From: the human T2T-CHM13v2.0 reference genome, Homo sapiens
NCBI RefSeq assembly: GCF_009914755.1
Contig: NC_060936.1
DNA length: 64,000 bases
Strand: one strand, 5' to 3'
Shown here: positions 58,339 through 64,000 of the stretch, in pieces
Numbering within the stretch: the first letter of the stretch is position 1
Layout of the letters: each line of letters starts with the position of its first letter
Translations under genes and position numbers: made by a program
The notes under the pieces: generated by a model
Seen by the model: the letters and a program-made list of their open reading frames with translations, nothing else
Told to the model about the DNA's origin: nothing
Database searches by the model: none

Positions 58339-59632
58339 GTATTGCTTGTTCTAAAATGGAGGAAATCAACATTGAGAGAAATAAACTTTCCCCAAATTAC
58401 TGAGGGCATAAATGGTAAGACCACGTAATCTAAAAGCTTCCCTAAAAGTTTTCAGTTTTGTCTGTTTAGCCTGTATATCTTTGTCATTTGGTAGCCGACC
58501 TTCAACTTTGCTATGGGAAAATATATTGTCCTTGTTTTCTCCACTCTTCAGATGACATTCTTTGCCCATTAGGTATTAGTAACTAGATACTCATTTTTTC
58601 TCTGGTCTCCATATTTTCTGAAACTTGGTTCTTGAGATTTTCCTTTGATTCTGTGGTGTAAGAAAATTCTTACTTAAGGAAACTGAAGCCACTATTTGTG
58701 TTTGGAAACCAAGAGCCTTAACTTACGTGAATTCAATTTAGTTATTATACACTACACCTGTGCTCTTCAGAATTGTGCCAGATTCCCACTACTCTCCCTC
58801 TCATTTTACTCCTAATCTTTCTTTTCAAACACCTGCCCTTCTACCATTTTTTTACAATATTCATTTTGAAAACGTGTAGTTTTTTTCTGGAGCAAACTCA
58901 GGCACAGTCTTTTAAAAGTTGGTTAAATTGATTAGTAAAATTGATAAGATTAATGATAATTAATAATAATAGTTATTCACCAAGATCAGTGGTTATAGTC
59001 AATAAACAATTTCTTTTCTTTTCCAAAATGGGCTCTGGTTACTACATTTTGTTCCTTAGGTTGGCACACTAAAAGGGAGGTTAATTTCACCGGCTGTCTA
59101 AGCTCAATTTTTATCATTTCTCTTCCTTTAGATGAATGAAAAACCTACATAAGGGAAATTTAAATTGATAGTGAAGATTATAATCTCTGGTATACTTATA
59201 AAATAAGTTTTTAAATACAATAATATTACTAATAAATTTTTAAATATATTTCAAACTTGAATACAAACTTGGAAGTTAGTAACTTTTTAAAATTTTCTAG
59301 GTTTATGCCAGAATTCTTAAGATGAATTTGAATATTAAAAACGTTTTAATTAATAGCAGTTGAATCACAACGGGTTTACTTATTTGAATAAACAACCTAA
59401 ACTTCAAACATTCTGTTAAAACCCCTCATTCTCTTTCGTAAATATCTCAGTGTTTCACAAAGGATTGAGTATGTTTTACATAGGATGAATAGAGTGTTTT
59501 GAATCTCTCCTTGTTTTAAACAAGCTTAAAATGTTTTTGCTTTTATGCAATATCAGTAAAGCTATAGTTAACAGAAGTACATTTATTTTAAGCACATTTA
59601 TTATAAGTACATACATTTCAAAAGATATATTC

Positions 59633-59680
59633 AACTCCAGTGTAGGCAACAGAGCAAGACACTGTCTCCAAAAAACAAAA
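59633..59680 (+). mobile_element. Very short Alu 3' fragment
   Basis: 'actccagtgtaggcaacagagcaagacactgtctccaaaaaa'. Confidence 0.65.
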
Positions 59681-59773
59681 TCATATTAAAATTTGAAATC
59701 CAAAAAATGAAATATATATAAGAGTTTAAATGTTTGCATTGTATGTGAAAGGTTAAAAGCACTGAACAAGCAC

Positions 59774-60139
59774 TGCTATGGTTTCAATATTCCCTCCAAA
59801 GTTTATGTGTTGAAATCTTAATATCCAATGCAAATATTGAGAGGTGGAACCTTTAAGAGGTGATTAGGTCATGAGGGCTCTGCTTTCATGAATAGATTAA
59901 TGTTGTTATCACAGGAGTGGGCCAGTTATAAAAGTGAGTTTGGCCGCCTCTCTTGAGCACACATGCTCTCTTATTTTTCCTTACTCTCTCTTTGCCCTTC
60001 TGCCATGGGATGATGCAGCAAGAAGGCCCTTGCTAGATTCAGGACTTCCCAATCTCCAGAAACATAAGCAAAATTAATTCCTATGTTTATAAATTAGCCA
60101 GTCTGTGATCGTCTGTCATGCCGACACAAAACAAAGAGA
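59774..60139 (+). mobile_element. Solo LTR MSTD-like (MaLR)
   Basis: 'tgctatggttt', 'cctttaagaggtgattaggtcatgagggctctgc', 'gatgcagcaagaaggccct'; TSD agcac/agcat. Confidence 0.82.
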
Positions 60140-60519
60140 AGCATCTATAGAGAAAATATGTCTAGAAGAAGATATTTTGCCAACAGTCTTGGAATAAAGC
60201 TTGCTTTCTGAAGGATTTCAACATAAATTTAAAGAAATTCTTTAACTTAAAAATTAAGTTGGAATAAAAGATTGCAACTGCATTCAATAAAATAGTATTT
60301 ATTTACTGTATCTTATAAATACAATATTGTTCAAAGAATTATAAAAATGTTTTGAAATGAAATAAATAATAAATGAATAATAAAAAAATTAAAAATAAAT
60401 AAAACTGTATTTGTCCTCAAGGAATTTATAACACAGTAGTTAAAATACTAAGGATAATGTAACACTGTGATAAAAAATGATGATGGATTTCATGTTGGGA
60501 AGCAGTAAGTTGTACATAT

Positions 60520-61715
60520 TAGAAAATTAAAAGTATCAGCTAGGAATAAAAGGATACATCTCCAACATGATAAAGGATATCAGTGAAAAGTCTAGGCTAA
60601 CATCATAGGTAATTCATAAAGACTGGATGCTTTCACTCTAATACAGAAAAAGGTAAGAAACTCTTCTCTCATAGTTTACATTCAACATTGCATTGGTAGT
60701 TTTAGCCACGCAATAAAGCATAAAAAATAAAGACATGCAGACTGGAACACAAAAAGTAAGACTGTTATTATTTATAATTCAGTTGGTGTATATAGAAAAT
60801 CACAAATGTCTACAAAAACCAACAAACTAATACAGAAGTTTAGGAAATTCACAAGATACATGATTAATATATTTTAAAAACTATATTTCTATGTGCTTGA
60901 TGATGTAACTCAGAAATGAGATTAAGAAGACAATTCCATTCACAATAGCATTAAAAAACAGATTAGAAGTAAATTTTGACAGAAGTAGAATGCCTATACA
61001 CAAAAACTTGTAAAACATTACTGAAACTAACTAAAGAAGATAAAATTTGATAATGATATCGAACAGAGTCATGGATTGGAAGTGTTTCTATTGTTATTTG
61101 GGCTAAATTCTCTCCATATATATCCATGTATTCAACACAATGCTATTAACTTCCTGCCAGTCTTTTTGTAGAAATTGAAATTGATTCTAAATTTTTAATG
61201 GAAATTTAAAAATCTAGGATGTTTACATTTTTTAAAGGAGAACAAAGTTAGAAGACTTACACTGATTGATTTAAAAACTACTATAAAACCATAGTAATCA
61301 AGACATTATATACAAAGATAGATCAATGGATCAGAACAAATATTCAAAAATAAACCCTTGCCTGTGTGGTCAATTGATTTTTTTAAAAGGTGGCTAGCAA
61401 ATTCAATGGGATAGACAATAGCCTTATTTGCATATAGTGCTTAGGTAATTGGATGTCCATATGCAAAAAAAATACTAAAATCTGCCACTTTCTTCCCAGC
61501 ATATCCTAAAATTAACTCAAAATAGATCATAGATCTAAATGTAAAATGTAAAACTATAAAACTTTTAGAAAAAACATAGAAAAAAAATCTTGGCAATACT
61601 GAGTTAAGCCATGATTTTTAAAAAAAAAAATGATGCCAAGAATTCTATTCATTAAAAAAAACTGATAAATTGACTTCATCAAGTTATAAAAGTATGCACT
61701 TAAAAATTACTCCTA
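60520..61715 (+). mobile_element. Old L1M ORF2 3' region
   Basis: 'caattccattcacaatagca', 'actataaaaccatagtaatcaagaca', 'aaaattaactcaaaatagatcatagatctaaatgtaaaa'. Confidence 0.8.
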
Positions 61716-61716
61716 A

Positions 61717-63950
61717 GGGAGAGGATTCTTGGAATGTGGAAGTGTAGGAAGCCTCAGGAATGTGTCTCCTCACCTAGACAACTATTGCACTGGCACAAGC
61801 TGTCCAATATAATTATTTTAGAACTCTGTAGTCTATTAAAGGCTTGCAATTTTGAAAGGAAGGCTTGGACCAAAAATTGCAGTTAATTTTTCAGTTTCAG
61901 CTCTTTGTAGAGTGGTGACTATCCATCCTTCTCCAGGCACATGGGAGGCAGAAGTACATCTGCTCCTGGAGAAACCTGCACATGCCATGGACAGAAAGGA
62001 CCCTATCTTCCACATACTAGGGATCTGGTCTCTGGTTGCTTTTTTTTTTTTTTTTTTTTTTTTGACAGAGTCTTGTTCTGTCGCCCAGGCTAGAGTGTAG
62101 TGGTGTGATCTCCACTGACTGCGGCCTCTGCCTTTTGGGTTGAAGTGATTCTCCTGCCTCAGCCTACTGAGTAGCTGAGACTACAGGCATGCCCTACCAC
62201 ACTTGGCTAATTTTTATTTTTTTAGTAAAGATGGGGTTTCACCATGTTGGCCAGGATGGTTTCAAACTCCTGACCTCAAGTGATCCACCTACCTCAGCCT
62301 CCAAAAGTGCTGGGATGACAGGCCTGAGCCACTGCCCCCTACCTGATTGCTCCTTCTGATCACAGTGGTACACACAAAGAAACAGGTTTTCACTGATGTT
62401 GCACCTCTCCCTATAGTTGTAACCCTTCCCCTTTCAGCTAAAATTTCTGGGTATTAAAAGGCTGGTACCCTTTGCCACCTTTATTTTTTATTGTTTAGCT
62501 TCTTGGGGAGCTAGGCATTAAAGACAAAAATACTTAAAAAAAAAAGAAACAATTGCATATATGAAGAAATTAGAAAGTGTATGGACATGCCCAGGGAAAG
62601 GCTCAAAAAAAAATTACAAAAGCAATAACAATAAGAAAAACAGAAAACACAGAGAAAGAGTAAGAATTAGGTTTCCAGATTTATCACCTATTAGATTCAA
62701 ATGTCCAGTTTAAAAAAAAAATCAAGCAGAAAATGAAACAGAAAAGTATGGACAGATTTCTAATGTGAAATGTTGGAGGTCAAAAGACAATAAATATGTT
62801 CAAAGTGCTAAAAGGAAAAAACTATCAGCTAAGAATCCTATATCTGGCAAAATGTTTCTTCAAAAGTGAGGAAATTAAGACATTCCCAGATAAATGAAAT
62901 ATCAGGAAGTTTGTTATCATTAGACCTTCTGTGTGACATATGAAGGGAGTCCTGCAGAGTGAAATGGAAAAAAGAAACCAACAAGCAAACAAAAATTTCC
63001 CCAAAATTAGACACTGACTTGAAGCCATATAAAGAATGAAAGATCTCAAAAGAGGCAAATATACAAACAATTATAAAAGTTAAATTAAACTGTAAAACAG
63101 TTTATAACTCTACTTTTGTTTTTACATAATGTGTGAAACTATCACACTTATAACAATTATTATTTTATGATGTGCAACAAACAATATATAAAAGTAAAAT
63201 TTTCTAATATTAGAAACTAAAAGAAATGGGGATGGAGTTGTTAAATAAACAGTTTTTGAAAGTTACTGAAGTCACATATGTATAAATTTAAATTTGAGTT
63301 TTATAACTTTAGTGTTCAATGTAATTCTCATGGTAACTACAAAGAAAATAGCTATAGAAGATACACAAAAAAGAGAAAGAAATTTAAATGCTTTATTACA
63401 AAAAGCAATAAAACATAAAGAGTAATTCAGAAAATGAGGAACAAAAAGTAATGAATTAAACAGAAAACAAATAGCAAAATGACAGAAGTAAGTCTCTCAT
63501 TATCAGTAATTATTTTAAATGTACGTGGATTAAACTCACCAATCAAAAGATTAGCTGAATAAGCAAAAAACAACAACAAAAAATACCCACAAAGAATCCA
63601 ACTATATGCTGTGTACAATAGAATGACTTTAGACTGAAAACCATGTATAAATTGAAAGTAAAAGAATGGAAAAATATATTCTATGCAAATAGTAACAAAA
63701 GATTGCAGGGGTGGCTATCTAATATGATTAAATAAACTTAAAATTAAAGAAAGCATTACAAGAGACAAAGAAGGACATCATATTTTCATAAAATGTTTAA
63801 TATATAATAAGATGTAAAAAATACTGTAAGTATTTATGCACCTGATAAAAGACCATCAAAATATGTGAAGCAAAATCAAACAAAATTGAAGGTTGAAAAA
63901 GACAATTCTACCATAATGGTTAGAGACTTCAAAATTTCACTCTCAATAAT
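61717..63950 (+). mobile_element. Old L1M 5' portion (5'UTR, partial ORF1, ORF2 endonuclease start)
   Basis: 5'UTR-like start 'gagaggattcttggaatgtgg'; ORF1 'aagaatcctatatctggcaaaa..ttcaaaagtgagg..aagacattcccaga'; ORF2 start ~63480 'atgacagaagtaagtc..aatgtacgtggattaaactcaccaatcaaaaga'. Confidence 0.8.
62040..62343 (-). mobile_element. AluS (Sx/Sz-like)
   Basis: Antisense dimer; TSD tggttgct/tgattgct. Confidence 0.93.
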
Positions 63951-64000
63951 TATCAGGGGAACTAGCCCCCAATATTTCAACATAGGTTCTTTTCTATTTT
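63951..64000 (-). mobile_element. 3' end of a MER11 LTR (HERV-K11), running off the window
   Basis: 'tatcaggggaactagcccccaatatttcaacataggttctttt' matches the recalled reverse-complement MER11 terminus. Confidence 0.75.

Overview
AT-rich, repeat-dense anthropoid primate DNA, most likely human (AluY/AluS, L1PA7-like, THE1B, MER11, LTR22 and MLT2A1 all present). I find no supportable protein-coding gene, RNA gene or CRISPR array. The informative ORFs in the track are broken LINE-1 ORF1/ORF2 pieces or Alu/LTR read-throughs; the rest are short and unrecognisable. The window is a nested archive of transposable elements: a near full-length old L1MC, a full-length L1PA13-16-like element, a 5'-truncated L1PA7-like element, about a dozen Alus, an MSTA MaLR provirus, about 13 solo or partial LTRs, and hAT MITEs, many with readable target-site duplications (TSDs). 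Family names come from recalled consensus sequences, not a database search, and old-element boundaries are approximate. I found no novel biological system. The best leads are: a MER61 LTR with a p53 proto-site and a perfect splice donor just downstream; an MLT2A1 LTR with a DUX4-type motif and a scrambled 3' end; a twin-primed inverted L1 with a fold-back hairpin at its junction; several perfect hairpins that look like template-switch scars; and a very closely spaced inverted Alu pair.
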